From assembly GCF_009729205.1 (NCBI RefSeq), contig NZ_VTHB01000006.1:233546-265545 (forward strand): a stretch of 32,000 bases of DNA, given 5' to 3'. The position numbers and the translations under genes were made by a program. Positions 24,179 to 32,000 of this stretch are shown here, one piece after another. Origin of the DNA: Mycobacteroides sp. CBMA 271 (GTDB taxonomy: Bacteria; Actinomycetota; Actinomycetes; Mycobacteriales; Mycobacteriaceae). The number at the start of each line of letters is the position of its first letter. Within the stretch, counting starts at the first letter, position 1. Under the pieces are notes generated by a model, which was not told the origin of the DNA, searched no databases, and saw only the letters and a list, made by a program, of their open reading frames with translations.

Positions 24179-24523
24179 TTACCAGGCGCCGATCACATAT
24201 TCGAGCAGGGCAAGCGAGAGCGCGCCGAGTAAGGCGATGATGAAGGCGGCGCCGAGTGTGTACGGCACCGCGCGCTCGGGACACAGCCGCTCCGCTGCGA
24301 TACCCGCCGCGGAGCCCAGCCCGCCGATCACCACGAACCCGCCCAGCACCAGGTAGAAGACGGCACTGAACATCGCGGGCCACACCGCACCGAGACCGCT
24401 GAGGTAACCGGTCATGAACACCGGAAACCGGTACACAACCGCGGTCAGTGCGGCAGCGATGGGGCTGAACCCGATCGCGGCCACCGAGCCGATGACCGCG
24501 CATCGCATGTCTTGCTCCATCAT
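24179..24523 (-). CDS. Small polytopic membrane protein (about 114 aa, 3-4 predicted TM segments)
   Basis: The start ATGATG at 24518..24523 overlaps the stop (TGA, 24520..24522) of the upstream ATPase gene. Hydrophobic stretches are CAVIGSVAAIGFSPIAAALTAVV, AVWPAMFSAVFYLVLGGFVVIGGLGSAAGIAA and YTLGAAFIIALLGALSLALL. No family recognised. Confidence 0.5.
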   Translation of the reverse strand: MMEQDMRCAVIGSVAAIGFSPIAAALTAVVYRFPVFMTGYLSGLGAVWPAMFSAVFYLVLGGFVVIGGLGSAAGIAAERLCPERAVPYTLGAAFIIALLGALSLALLEYVIGAW

Positions 24524-25233
24524 TCGGCTGCAAACAGGTGGCGTAGGTATGCCTGCGGATCGGCCAGGAAGCGTTGCCAATGCCCCACCATGTCCAGCTC
24601 ATCCCAATCCCGCGGCTGTACACCGTCGTCCCCGAACTCCAGGATGGTGGCGCCGGGGAATGCTGCCAGCACCGGGGAGTGGGTGGCCATGATTACCTGG
24701 GATCCGGCGGCGACCACGGCGTCGAGCATCGCCATCAACTGCAGGCTTGAGGTGAACGACAGCGCCGCCTCGGGCTCGTCCAGGATGAACAGCCCGCGTT
24801 CCATGTCCCGCTCGGCCAGGAATGCCAGAAACGATTCACCGTGCGAGCGCTCGTTGAGCCTGCCGTCGAAGATCTGTTCCGGTGTGCGCCCGTCGACCGC
24901 CGTGAACAGCTGATGCATGGCCTCGGCACGCAGGAAGCATCCGCCGCTCGGTCGCGGATGCTCCGCGTCGAGGGTGAACGCCCAGTGCAGATCGGTGTCT
25001 TCCCCGCTGCTGTGTGCGCCCCAATGTTGCACGGCAGCAGGCAGTTTCCAGCGCCACGAGGAGGCCAGTGCCTCCAGGAAGGTGGACTTACCCGACCCGT
25101 TCTCTCCGACGATCACGGTGACGCCGGTGGTCAAGCGGAGGGGCTCCGCCGCCAGTTGCGCTATCGCCGGAATACTCAAATACCAGGCTTCAGGCTGCTT
25201 TTCGCGATCGATGGCAATCTGACGCAGGATCAC
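24520..25233 (-). CDS. Stand-alone ABC-type/AAA ATPase (COG3910-like predicted ATPase)
   Basis: 237 aa. Walker A is VGENGSGKST, the signature-like motif is RSHGESF, Walker B is LFILDEPEAALS, and the H-loop is IMATHSP. The GTG start overlaps the CHAP gene stop (GTGA at 25230..25233). Confidence 0.8.
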   Translation of the reverse strand: MILRQIAIDREKQPEAWYLSIPAIAQLAAEPLRLTTGVTVIVGENGSGKSTFLEALASSWRWKLPAAVQHWGAHSSGEDTDLHWAFTLDAEHPRPSGGCFLRAEAMHQLFTAVDGRTPEQIFDGRLNERSHGESFLAFLAERDMERGLFILDEPEAALSFTSSLQLMAMLDAVVAAGSQVIMATHSPVLAAFPGATILEFGDDGVQPRDWDELDMVGHWQRFLADPQAYLRHLFAAE

Positions 25234-25793
25234 TCGTAACGCCCATACCCGGTGATGCCCGCATCGTCGGCGGCCGTGTACGTGGACAAACCGACTCCGC
25301 GGCCCTCGCCGCCACCGACGGTGGTGAGGATGCCGTTGTCGTTGATCAGCACGATGTTTACATGCTGTCCCTTCGGACTCGGTTCGTCATACAGCACCAT
25401 GTCGCCGGGCTGCGGCGAGTAGTCACGGGTCTCGTACCGCCCCTCATCTTTGAGGTATGAGGTCAACGTCAGCACCCCGGGGATGCGCCAGTGCCCGGAG
25501 TTCGGGTTGGCGAACGGCTTGCCGGACGCGCGCATCACCCAACTGGTGAAGTCGGCGCACCACGGTTCGTCGTTGCCCTCCGAGTACTTCACCATGCCCG
25601 CCTGCTCGGTGTACTCCTGTCCCAGGATGCGCACCACGGCCGCGCGCCCTGGGGACATCGCGGTGGTGTCGACGACGGGAAATGCCGGTGCCGAGGTGCG
25701 GGAACGGTAGATCCCGATGGCGCTGCCGGCGACGACCGCCAGGGTCGCGGCAAGTGTTACCAGAAGCAAGGCCCGGCGGGTCCTAGTACGCAT
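25230..25793 (-). CDS. Membrane-anchored/secreted CHAP-domain (cysteine peptidase/amidase) protein
   Basis: From Met 25793 (MRTRTRRALLLVTLAATLAVVAGSAIG, a signal/anchor) the protein is 187 aa. The candidate nucleophile is in EPWCADFTSWVM, and the downstream His is in PGDMVLYDEPSPKGQHVNIVL. Spacing and context are typical of CHAP domains. The upstream 90 codons of the ORF track are discounted. Confidence 0.7.
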   Translation of the reverse strand: MRTRTRRALLLVTLAATLAVVAGSAIGIYRSRTSAPAFPVVDTTAMSPGRAAVVRILGQEYTEQAGMVKYSEGNDEPWCADFTSWVMRASGKPFANPNSGHWRIPGVLTLTSYLKDEGRYETRDYSPQPGDMVLYDEPSPKGQHVNIVLINDNGILTTVGGGEGRGVGLSTYTAADDAGITGYGRYE

Positions 25794-25830
25794 GCGATCC
25801 AGGTTACGGAAATTTGCCGCGGGGCGGCTT

Positions 25831-26532
25831 CTAGTCTTCTTTGTCCCACAACAGCCGGTAGTAGGCCATCCGCTCGGGATCTTCGGCGACGCCATAAGCC
25901 TCGAAGAAGGCGCGGTCCCAGCCATCGCCGTAATTCCACGCCAGCGACCAGCTGGCGACCGCAAGATCGGCCCAGCGATCGGCCACCCCAAGATCGCCGA
26001 AGTCCACATGCCCGCACCAGTTCCCGTCCTCGTCGAGAAGGGTGTTGGGTGCGCAGGCATCACCGTGGCACACCACCAGGTGATCGATGGGCGGAGGTTG
26101 CGTCAGCCCGTCGGGGTGGGCGACGCGGGCCAGTCGATCGGTCACCGACCAGCTGTAGGGGCAGTCGTCGACGGATAGCCGGTCGTGCAACGCACGTAGC
26201 CCCGTGCCGATGGCCCGGACCGCGGGCTCGGGGTTGTCGATCCAGCGGGGCGCTACCGCGCTGTCGCCGGGGATGCCGGAGGTGTGCAGCCAGTGCAGCG
26301 GGCCGTCGGTGTCCACGCCCAGAACCACCGGAACCGTCGCGTATCGGCCCGCCCAGGTGAGCTTCTCTGCTTCAACGCGCAGGTCGATCGCCGGATGGGG
26401 TGCCGATACCTTCACAAACTCACGGCCCGGCCCGTCGCCAATCCGGAAGGTATGACCGCCAATTTCGTTGTCCCACACCGGGAGTATTGGCCGGCCGGCA
26501 GCGAATTGCGACACGATGTCAGGGACGGTCAT
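25831..26532 (-). CDS. Aminoglycoside/antibiotic phosphotransferase (APH) family kinase (Rv3817-like)
   Basis: The catalytic loop is VVCHGDACAPNTLL and the metal-binding segment is HVDFGDLGVADRWADLA. The C-terminus YYRLLWDKED is typical of APH(3')-type enzymes. The start is Met 26532 (233 aa) or 26607 (258 aa). Confidence 0.8.
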   Translation of the reverse strand: MTVPDIVSQFAAGRPILPVWDNEIGGHTFRIGDGPGREFVKVSAPHPAIDLRVEAEKLTWAGRYATVPVVLGVDTDGPLHWLHTSGIPGDSAVAPRWIDNPEPAVRAIGTGLRALHDRLSVDDCPYSWSVTDRLARVAHPDGLTQPPPIDHLVVCHGDACAPNTLLDEDGNWCGHVDFGDLGVADRWADLAVASWSLAWNYGDGWDRAFFEAYGVAEDPERMAYYRLLWDKED

Positions 26533-26596
26533 CGGCTCGGTCGGAATCGTCACCGTTCCAGTCTGCCCGCAACGGACGAGGGGTACCGTGCCGGGC

Positions 26597-27370
26597 GTGA
26601 ACCTCAAAGACTTCCAAGCGCTCTACGACCTGTCTGGACGTACCGCCATCGTCACCGGCGGTACCCGGGGAATCGGGTATGCGATAGCCGAGGCACTCGG
26701 TGCCTGTGGGGCATCGATTGTGGTGTCGAGCCGGAAGGCCGACGCGTGCACCGCCGCGGCGAAGGAACTGCGGGACAAGGGGTATCGAGCGTTGGGTGTG
26801 CCCGGCCATATGGGTGACCTCGGCGATATCGAGACCCTGGTCGCGAGCACCGTCGACGAGTTCGGCGGTGTCGACATCGTGGTCAACGCGGCCGCGAACC
26901 CGGTGGCACAGCCGATGGGCAGCTACACGCCCGACGCGCTAGGCAAGTCGTTCGACGTCAACGTGCGCGGGCCGGTGTTCCTGGTCCAGGCGGCGTTGCC
27001 CCATCTGACCGCGAGCGAGCACGCCTCGGTGCTTAACGTCGTGTCGGTGGCGGCATTCCAGTTCGTGCCGATGCTGTCGATGTACGCGGCGATGAAGGCA
27101 ACGCTGATGTCGTTCACGCGATCGATGGCCGCCGAGTACAGCGGTCGCGGTATCCGGGTGAATGCACTGGCCCCCGGCACCGTCGACACGTACATGCTGC
27201 AGCAGAACCCGAAGGAGGTCATCGACGCGATGGCAGGTCAGTCATTCATGGGACGGCTGGCCTCAACCGACGAGATGATCGGCCCGGCATTGCTGCTGCT
27301 ATCGGATGCGGGTTCGTTCATCACCGGTCAGGTGATCGTCGCCGATGGAGGCGGCCTCGTGCAGCGTTAG
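26597..27370 (+). CDS. Short-chain dehydrogenase/reductase (classical SDR)
   Basis: The GTG start at 26597 gives 257 aa. The cofactor motif is TGGTRGIGYAIA, followed by NAAAN, and the catalytic YAAMK (YxxxK) is preceded by Ser in VVSVAA. The PGTVDT segment is present. Confidence 0.85.
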   Translation: MNLKDFQALYDLSGRTAIVTGGTRGIGYAIAEALGACGASIVVSSRKADACTAAAKELRDKGYRALGVPGHMGDLGDIETLVASTVDEFGGVDIVVNAAANPVAQPMGSYTPDALGKSFDVNVRGPVFLVQAALPHLTASEHASVLNVVSVAAFQFVPMLSMYAAMKATLMSFTRSMAAEYSGRGIRVNALAPGTVDTYMLQQNPKEVIDAMAGQSFMGRLASTDEMIGPALLLLSDAGSFITGQVIVADGGGLVQR

Positions 27371-27417
27371 GCGGGTATCGAGTGCGCTGGGTGCACTGCC
27401 AGCGCTAGGCTCGTCAT

Positions 27418-28203
27418 GTGGAGCCTGTCTATGGAACGGTTATCGGGCTTGCCCGTACCGTCTGGGCCGTTCAGGGCCTGAAGTTCACCGTTACGGGTAT
27501 CGAGAACCTGCCGACCGAGGGCGGGGCGGTGGTGGCGATCAACCACACCGGGTACATGGATTTCACCTTCGCCGGATTGCCGGCGTTCCTTCAGAAGAAG
27601 GGACGCAAGGTGCGGTTCATGGCGAAGAAGGAAACCTTCGACAACAAGATCACTGGGCCCATCATGCGGGGCTGCCGGCATATTTCCGTGGACCGCGTCG
27701 ACGGTTCCGCGTCCTATACAGAGGCGGTCGACAAGCTCAAGGCCGGCGAGTTGGTCGGGGTGTACCCGGAGGCGACGATCAGCCGGAGCTTCGAGATCAA
27801 GGAATTCAAGTCGGGCGCGGCGCGCATGGCCATTGAGGCCGGTGTACCGATCGTCCCGCACATCGTCTGGGGCGCACAACGCGTCTGGACTAAGGGGCAT
27901 CCCAAGAATCTCGGGCGCAGCAACACTCCGATCTCCATCGCAGTGGGCCCGCCCATCCAGCCGACCTTGCCCGTCTCGGAGCTCACCGCGCTGTTGCATG
28001 CACGCATGCAGCACCTCCTGTTGGAGGTGCAGGACGATTACGGCCAACATCCGGTCGGCGAGTACTGGGTGCCTCATCGGCTGGGCGGGTCCGCGCCGAC
28101 GCTGGCCGAGGCCGCGCGGTGGGACGCCCAGGACACCGCCGAACGCAAAGCGCAACGCGCCGCTCGTGAGGCAGAGAAGCAGGCGCATAACAAGGAGCAA
28201 TGA
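27418..28203 (+). CDS. Lysophospholipid (1-acyl-sn-glycerol-3-phosphate) acyltransferase family protein, paralog 1
   Basis: 261 aa. The HX4D motif is AINHTGYMDF, followed by VYPEATISRS and FKSGAARMA. A C-terminal YWVPHRLGGSAPT tail is shared with paralog 2. Confidence 0.85.
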   Translation: MEPVYGTVIGLARTVWAVQGLKFTVTGIENLPTEGGAVVAINHTGYMDFTFAGLPAFLQKKGRKVRFMAKKETFDNKITGPIMRGCRHISVDRVDGSASYTEAVDKLKAGELVGVYPEATISRSFEIKEFKSGAARMAIEAGVPIVPHIVWGAQRVWTKGHPKNLGRSNTPISIAVGPPIQPTLPVSELTALLHARMQHLLLEVQDDYGQHPVGEYWVPHRLGGSAPTLAEAARWDAQDTAERKAQRAAREAEKQAHNKEQ

Positions 28204-28204
28204 T

Positions 28205-28963
28205 ATGGAGCCGGTGTATCGGACCATCGAAATCATTGCCAAGGCAGCAGTTTTCGCCACGGGGACCAAAGTTTCCTATCGAGGCTTGGAGAACATCCCT
28301 GCCGCCGGGGGTGCGGTGCTCGCGATCAACCACACCAGCTACGTCGACTTCCTCCCCGCGGCTCTTGCCACGGTGCGTGCGGGTCGGCGGCTGCGATTCA
28401 TGGTGAAGGCCGAGTTGCAGGACGTGCGGATCGTCAGCTTTATGATCAAGCACACTAAGGCGATCCCGGTGGATCGCAGCGCCGGACACGGAGCATACGA
28501 AGCCGCAGTGTCCAGCCTCAAGGATGGCGAGATTGTCGCCGTGTACCCCGAGGCGACGATCAGCCGCAGCTTCGAGCTCAAAGAGTTCAAGAGCGGAGCC
28601 GCCCGGATGGCGCACGAGGCAGAGGTGCCGATCGTTCCGCTCATCGTGTGGGGTACGCAGCGGATCTGGACCAAAGACCATCTGAAGGATTTGGGGCGCA
28701 GCAAGATTCCGGTCACCGTCGAGGTCGGACGCCCGCTGGTCGCGGGGCCGGACTTTGAGCAGACCACCGCTGAGCTGTATGACGCCATGGAACAGCTGTT
28801 GATGCGGGCGCAGCAGCAGTATCCCCAAGAACCGGGCGCCTACTGGGTGCCACGACGCCTGGGCGGCAGCGCCCCGACCCTAGAGGAGGCCGCCGTGCGC
28901 GATGCCGCGGAGCTTGAGGAACGCGCGCGGCAGAAGGCCCGCAAGAAGACGGATGGCTCGTGA
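28205..28963 (+). CDS. Lysophospholipid acyltransferase family protein, paralog 2
   Basis: ATG 28205 begins 1 nt after the paralog-1 stop. It shares MEPVYRT (paralog 1 has MEPVYGT), AINHTSYVDF, VYPEATISRSFELKEFKSGAARMA and YWVPRRLGGSAPT. 252 aa. Confidence 0.85.
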   Translation: MEPVYRTIEIIAKAAVFATGTKVSYRGLENIPAAGGAVLAINHTSYVDFLPAALATVRAGRRLRFMVKAELQDVRIVSFMIKHTKAIPVDRSAGHGAYEAAVSSLKDGEIVAVYPEATISRSFELKEFKSGAARMAHEAEVPIVPLIVWGTQRIWTKDHLKDLGRSKIPVTVEVGRPLVAGPDFEQTTAELYDAMEQLLMRAQQQYPQEPGAYWVPRRLGGSAPTLEEAAVRDAAELEERARQKARKKTDGS

Positions 28964-29778
28964 GGGCTCCCGCGCTCATCGCGTCCGATGTGGACGGGAC
29001 GTTGATCGATTCCGACGAGGTGCTCTCGGAGCGGACCCGCGCCGTCATTGCCGCCGCCGTTGATTCAGGTGCTCACTTCGTACTCGCGACCGGGCGACCG
29101 CCCCGCTGGATTACGCCGATCGTCGATGCGCTGGGTTTCGCGCCAATCTCGGTGTGCGCCAACGGTTCTGTTCTGTACGACGCCGACGGTGACCGGATCA
29201 TCTCGGCAGAGACACTGGGGCCCGACGAATTGGCGGTGCTTGCCGAGGTGGCGCAGTCGGCCATTCCCGGGGTCGGGCTGGCCGTCGAGCGGGTCGGCCG
29301 CAGTGCGCATGATGCCGCGACGCCGCAGTTCGTGAGCTCGCCCGGATATGAGCACGCCTGGTTGAATCCGGATAACACGGAGGTGTCGCTGGCTGACCTG
29401 TTGAGCTTTCCGGCGGTAAAGCTCTTGGTACGCAAGGCCGGGGCACGCAGTTCGGATATGGCCACGGTGCTGGAGCCATTGGTGGCCCGGGCGGGCGCGG
29501 CGATCACTTACTCGACCAACAACGGGCTCATCGAAGTGATGCCCGCCGGAATCAGCAAGGCCAGCGGTATCGCCGTGGTCGCCGATCACATTGGGGTGCA
29601 GCCGGAAGCTGTCATCGCCTTCGGGGATATGCCCAACGATGTGGCCATGCTGCGCTGGGCGGGGCACGGGGTGGCGATGGGCAACGCGCACCCGGAGGCG
29701 CGCGCTGCGGCAGACGAGGTCACCGCCACCAACAACGACGACGGGGTGGCCAAGGTTCTTGAACGCTGGTGGGGCTGA
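28960..29778 (+). CDS. Cof-type HAD-IIB family hydrolase (sugar-phosphatase-like)
   Basis: 272 aa, and the GTG start overlaps the acyltransferase stop (GTGA). Motif I is IASDVDGTLID, followed by LATGRP, then GISKASG, and motif IV FGDMPNDVAML. Confidence 0.85.
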   Translation: MRAPALIASDVDGTLIDSDEVLSERTRAVIAAAVDSGAHFVLATGRPPRWITPIVDALGFAPISVCANGSVLYDADGDRIISAETLGPDELAVLAEVAQSAIPGVGLAVERVGRSAHDAATPQFVSSPGYEHAWLNPDNTEVSLADLLSFPAVKLLVRKAGARSSDMATVLEPLVARAGAAITYSTNNGLIEVMPAGISKASGIAVVADHIGVQPEAVIAFGDMPNDVAMLRWAGHGVAMGNAHPEARAAADEVTATNNDDGVAKVLERWWG

Positions 29779-29824
29779 GTCGCTTACGTGACCTCGCGCA
29801 GTGGCATCGTTGCAGTGGTTCGCC

Positions 29825-29944
29825 ACCGGTCTAGCCGGGCCGCATAGCTCGAGGGTGCGGATTTCGGTGAAAATTGGCCGAAAGTCACCGTAAACCGCAC
29901 ACTCGGCGCGAGACCCAGACGGTCACCCATACCGGTCTAGCCGG
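29825..29944. repeat. 14-bp perfect direct repeat pair flanking the intergenic hairpin
   Basis: accggtctagccgg occurs at 29825..29838 and again at 29931..29944. The second copy contains the amidase stop codon (cta at 29937..29939). Confidence 0.6.
29855..29900. terminator. Long imperfect hairpin between convergent genes (candidate bidirectional terminator)
   Basis: gtgcggatttcggtga (29855..29870) pairs with tcaccgtaaaccgcac (29885..29900) at 14 of 16 positions, around the 14-nt loop aaattggccgaaag. It lies between the Cof-HAD stop (29778) and the amidase stop (29937). Confidence 0.45.
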
Positions 29945-31676
29945 CGGCGGCGAACTGCTCCACCGGGGGAGGCGGCGGGGGCGGCTCCGGGGGAGGTGGC
30001 GGCGCCGCAGCGGGTGCTGCGGGAGCCGAAAACTGTTCGGGCAGGGCGTTTTGTGCGACTGGCGCCACTCCGAGGATCTCGCGGGTCTCCCCATTGATCA
30101 CACTCGAAACCCGGCCGCTGGCCCGGTCGTAGATCAGGGAGCCGTTCTGGAAGTTCTGCACGATGATGTTGGGCTCGCCCAGCTCGTCGGTCACGGGAAG
30201 TCCCAAAGGCCCGCGTTCAAAATCTGTTTCGGCCCAGGCGTGGTAGATCGCGCCGACGACGGGATGGGTGCTGGTGCCGGGGGAGAAGTACATCGCGCCG
30301 TTGCGGAATGTCGCGAAGCGGGCGTCACCGGCGGCCTGTTGTTCGACGGAGGTGGGTGCACCGAGTCCACTTTCGGTGCTGCCGAGCCGCATCCAAGTGT
30401 CGTAGATGGCGCCGCCGCGCATCGAATCCACCAGATCGGGTGGATCTCCGTTGGCCGCGCCGGCGGCGATATCGCGCAACCGGGGCATCAATCGGTAGGC
30501 GGCCTCGCCCGGGCATTCGGTGTTTCCGACGTCGCGGTGCGTGAAAATCGTTGGCAGCGTGACGACCTTGCCTCCGGCGACAGTGGTGAAGGGGCCGCCC
30601 TCGGAGGACAGATCCACTTGCCCGCGCGGATCCACCCCGGCCAGCTTCAGGCGCCAGCCCAGCATCCGGCCGGCGGCTTGCAGCATTGCGGGGGAGGGTT
30701 CGTCGCGGGTGAAGTCACCGATCAGCGCGAGACCCCAACTGTGCTCGTTGAATCCACCCGTGTGTGCGCCCTGCACGTTGTTGGTGATCCCACCGAAGCG
30801 TCCCTCGAAGATCTGGCCGTACTTGTCCACCAGCACGTTGTAGGCGATGTCGCACCACTTGAGAGTTTTGGTGTGATACGCGTAAATCGCCCGGATGATG
30901 GCGGCCGAATCATAGGGCGAGTAGTTGTTGCTTCCGGCGGTGTGGTGAACCACGCCCGCGCGCACGTCCCTATTGAAAACCGGTGGGCAGCGGTCTGATT
31001 CGTTGGCGCCCCATTGTGCACGGGTGATGATCCGTGGCCCGGCCTGTGGCAGGGCAACCGGTGCCGACCACCGTTCCTCGAACCGTGCCCCGTCGGAGGG
31101 TGCCAGTTTGGGGCTGATGAGTATGGCGTCGAGCCCGGTGGTCAACGGCTGCTCGATGCTCGCGGGCCGGTAACCCAGGCTGGGCGCGGCGGTACCGTCT
31201 GCCTTCGGCGTGACGTTCGCGCCGTACTTGGTCTGCACCGCCACCTGAGCCGATTGGGTGGATCCAACGAACACCGGTTCTGTCGCGGCCGGGATCCCCT
31301 TGTGTTCAGCGGTCGGGTCGCCGGACTCAACGGGGTCGAGTTCGTACCACTGTCCCCAGCTGCCATCGGTCTGTTGCGCACGTACCGAGACGTCGACGGA
31401 GGCCAGGTCTTCACCGCGCACCGCGATGAGACTGAAGGGGTTGTTCTGGTGGATGTCGTGGACCGTGGCCGGCGTGGTCGGACCGGGCAGGCCAACCTCG
31501 GAGGTCAAGACGTCGTGAGTCGCGGCATTGTGCAGTGACTGCGTGGTGATGGCGGTCTCTTCGGCCCGTTCCGTCTTGACGTGATCAACCACGCTGACGG
31601 TCATCACCGTCAGCGTCGCGGCAACGGCCAGCGCAAGCTGCCGCTTCGCGGGCATCTTGCTGAGGCGTACGGGCAC
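29937..31676 (-). CDS. Secreted N-acetylmuramoyl-L-alanine amidase (Amidase_2/PGRP domain) with C-terminal LGFP repeats and a poly-Pro tail (Rv3811/Csp-like)
   Basis: 579 aa. The N-terminal signal/anchor is KRQLALAVAATLTVMTVSVV. The amidase core reads VVHHTAGSNNYS...YHTKTLKWCDIAYNVLVDKYGQIFEGR...HTGGFNEHSWGLALIGDF. LGFP-like repeats are GLGAPTS..., GPLGLPVTDE.... The tail is PPPPPEPPPPPPP. Confidence 0.85.
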   Translation of the reverse strand: MPVRLSKMPAKRQLALAVAATLTVMTVSVVDHVKTERAEETAITTQSLHNAATHDVLTSEVGLPGPTTPATVHDIHQNNPFSLIAVRGEDLASVDVSVRAQQTDGSWGQWYELDPVESGDPTAEHKGIPAATEPVFVGSTQSAQVAVQTKYGANVTPKADGTAAPSLGYRPASIEQPLTTGLDAILISPKLAPSDGARFEERWSAPVALPQAGPRIITRAQWGANESDRCPPVFNRDVRAGVVHHTAGSNNYSPYDSAAIIRAIYAYHTKTLKWCDIAYNVLVDKYGQIFEGRFGGITNNVQGAHTGGFNEHSWGLALIGDFTRDEPSPAMLQAAGRMLGWRLKLAGVDPRGQVDLSSEGGPFTTVAGGKVVTLPTIFTHRDVGNTECPGEAAYRLMPRLRDIAAGAANGDPPDLVDSMRGGAIYDTWMRLGSTESGLGAPTSVEQQAAGDARFATFRNGAMYFSPGTSTHPVVGAIYHAWAETDFERGPLGLPVTDELGEPNIIVQNFQNGSLIYDRASGRVSSVINGETREILGVAPVAQNALPEQFSAPAAPAAAPPPPPEPPPPPPPVEQFAAAG

Positions 31677-31816
31677 GTCTTGTCTCCTGGATCAACCGGA
31701 CGCATCGCGCAGAGCGACACGACCACCAGGAATGTTACGTATGAGACAAATGTGACTGGTGATTCGACACGCGTCAATCGACGATCTTGACGTTTGACGC
31801 GTTCGTCACACGCAAC

Positions 31817-31848
31817 GACACCGCAGAGCCTCTGTGCCCTGCGGTGTC
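31817..31848 (-). terminator. Stem-loop downstream of the partial right-edge gene
   Basis: Perfect 10-bp inverted repeat gacaccgcag (31817..31826) / ctgcggtgtc (31839..31848) with a 12-nt loop. It begins 23 nt after the stop at 31871 on the minus strand. Confidence 0.45.
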
Positions 31849-31870
31849 GTTTCGCTACCTAGCTTGTGTG

Positions 31871-32000
31871 TCAGCCGGCCGGAGGCGGAACCGCCGCGGC
31901 GGCCGCCGGGATGGCGCCCTTGATGAGGTCGACCGCCTGAGTGATACCCAGCTGGTTGACCGCGGACATGGCGTCGTTGATGATGCTGCCACCACCGCCG
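31871..32000 (-). CDS. 3' end of an unidentified gene (Gly/Ala/Pro-rich C-terminus), truncated by the window edge
   Basis: My own minus-strand translation gives ...GGGGSIINDAMSAVNQLGITQAVDLIKGAIPAAAAAVPPPAG-stop (tca at 31871..31873). It has high third-position GC. The fragment is too short to assign a family. Confidence 0.35.
   Translation of the reverse strand, partial: GGGGSIINDAMSAVNQLGITQAVDLIKGAIPAAAAAVPPPAG

Noticed and set aside
25831-26532. The APH-family kinase as an acquired aminoglycoside-resistance determinant.
   Set aside because: It sits in conserved chromosomal context next to the acyltransferase/HAD genes, as with Rv3817 in M. tuberculosis from memory. It has no mobile-element flanks. 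It is more likely an intrinsic phosphotransferase of unknown substrate than a recently acquired resistance gene.
29874-30998. Long ORFs antisense to, or out of frame with, called genes. Examples: 29874..30998(+), 8136..9260(-), 6974..7807(-), 1086..1940(+), 27367..28269(-), 27983..28828(-), 15789..16643(+), 2791..3648(+).
   Set aside because: They are typical high-GC shadow ORFs. Their products are Arg/Pro/Gly/Ala-rich low-complexity strings with no motifs. Each fully overlaps a gene on the other strand or frame that has clear family signatures.
1-32000. Mobile-element, prophage or CRISPR explanations for the accessory blocks.
   Set aside because: I found no transposase, integrase, recombinase, phage structural genes, tRNA attachment sites, long terminal inverted repeats or repeat-spacer arrays on either strand.

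Overview
High-GC actinobacterial chromosome, almost certainly a Mycobacterium-type genome. As far as I recall it, gene content and order match the M. tuberculosis Rv3811-Rv3841 neighbourhood: Csp-like amidase, Cof-HAD, tandem acyltransferases, APH-like phosphotransferase, MBL-Rieske protein, serS, Rv3835-like membrane protein, pheA, LCP protein and bfrB. I call about 37 protein genes, no rRNA/tRNA, no CRISPR and no recognisable transposase or integrase. Two blocks look accessory. (1) An all-minus-strand block at about 7.9-15.5 kb lies between the pheA/histidine-phosphatase pair and the metallopeptidase/Rv3835-like pair. It holds a divergent PE / PPE / EspG trio with no ESX core genes, followed by a small coupled ORF and an HSL-family (LipY-catalytic-domain-like) esterase. 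After a ~560-bp untranslated gap comes a tightly coupled operon: a PurF-like phosphoribosyltransferase lacking its N-terminal Cys nucleophile, a HAD enzyme with a DWNGT motif, and a beta-hydroxyacid dehydrogenase. (2) A block at 22.3-25.8 kb holds a MarR regulator, an FAD monooxygenase and a translationally coupled cassette of membrane-anchored CHAP hydrolase, ABC-like ATPase and small polytopic membrane protein. These three modules are my best candidates for undescribed systems: the PurF-like operon, the unfused PE/PPE/EspG-plus-esterase module, and the CHAP/ATPase/membrane cassette. Smaller observations: tandem ferritin paralogs with IdeR-like boxes in front of only one, a decayed GGDEF remnant at the left edge, tandem coding repeats, an ankyrin-repeat protein, a direct-repeat-flanked hairpin, and repeated CTAG overlapping stops at convergent gene ends. 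All functional calls rest on motif recognition by eye and on remembered family sequences. No database search was run.
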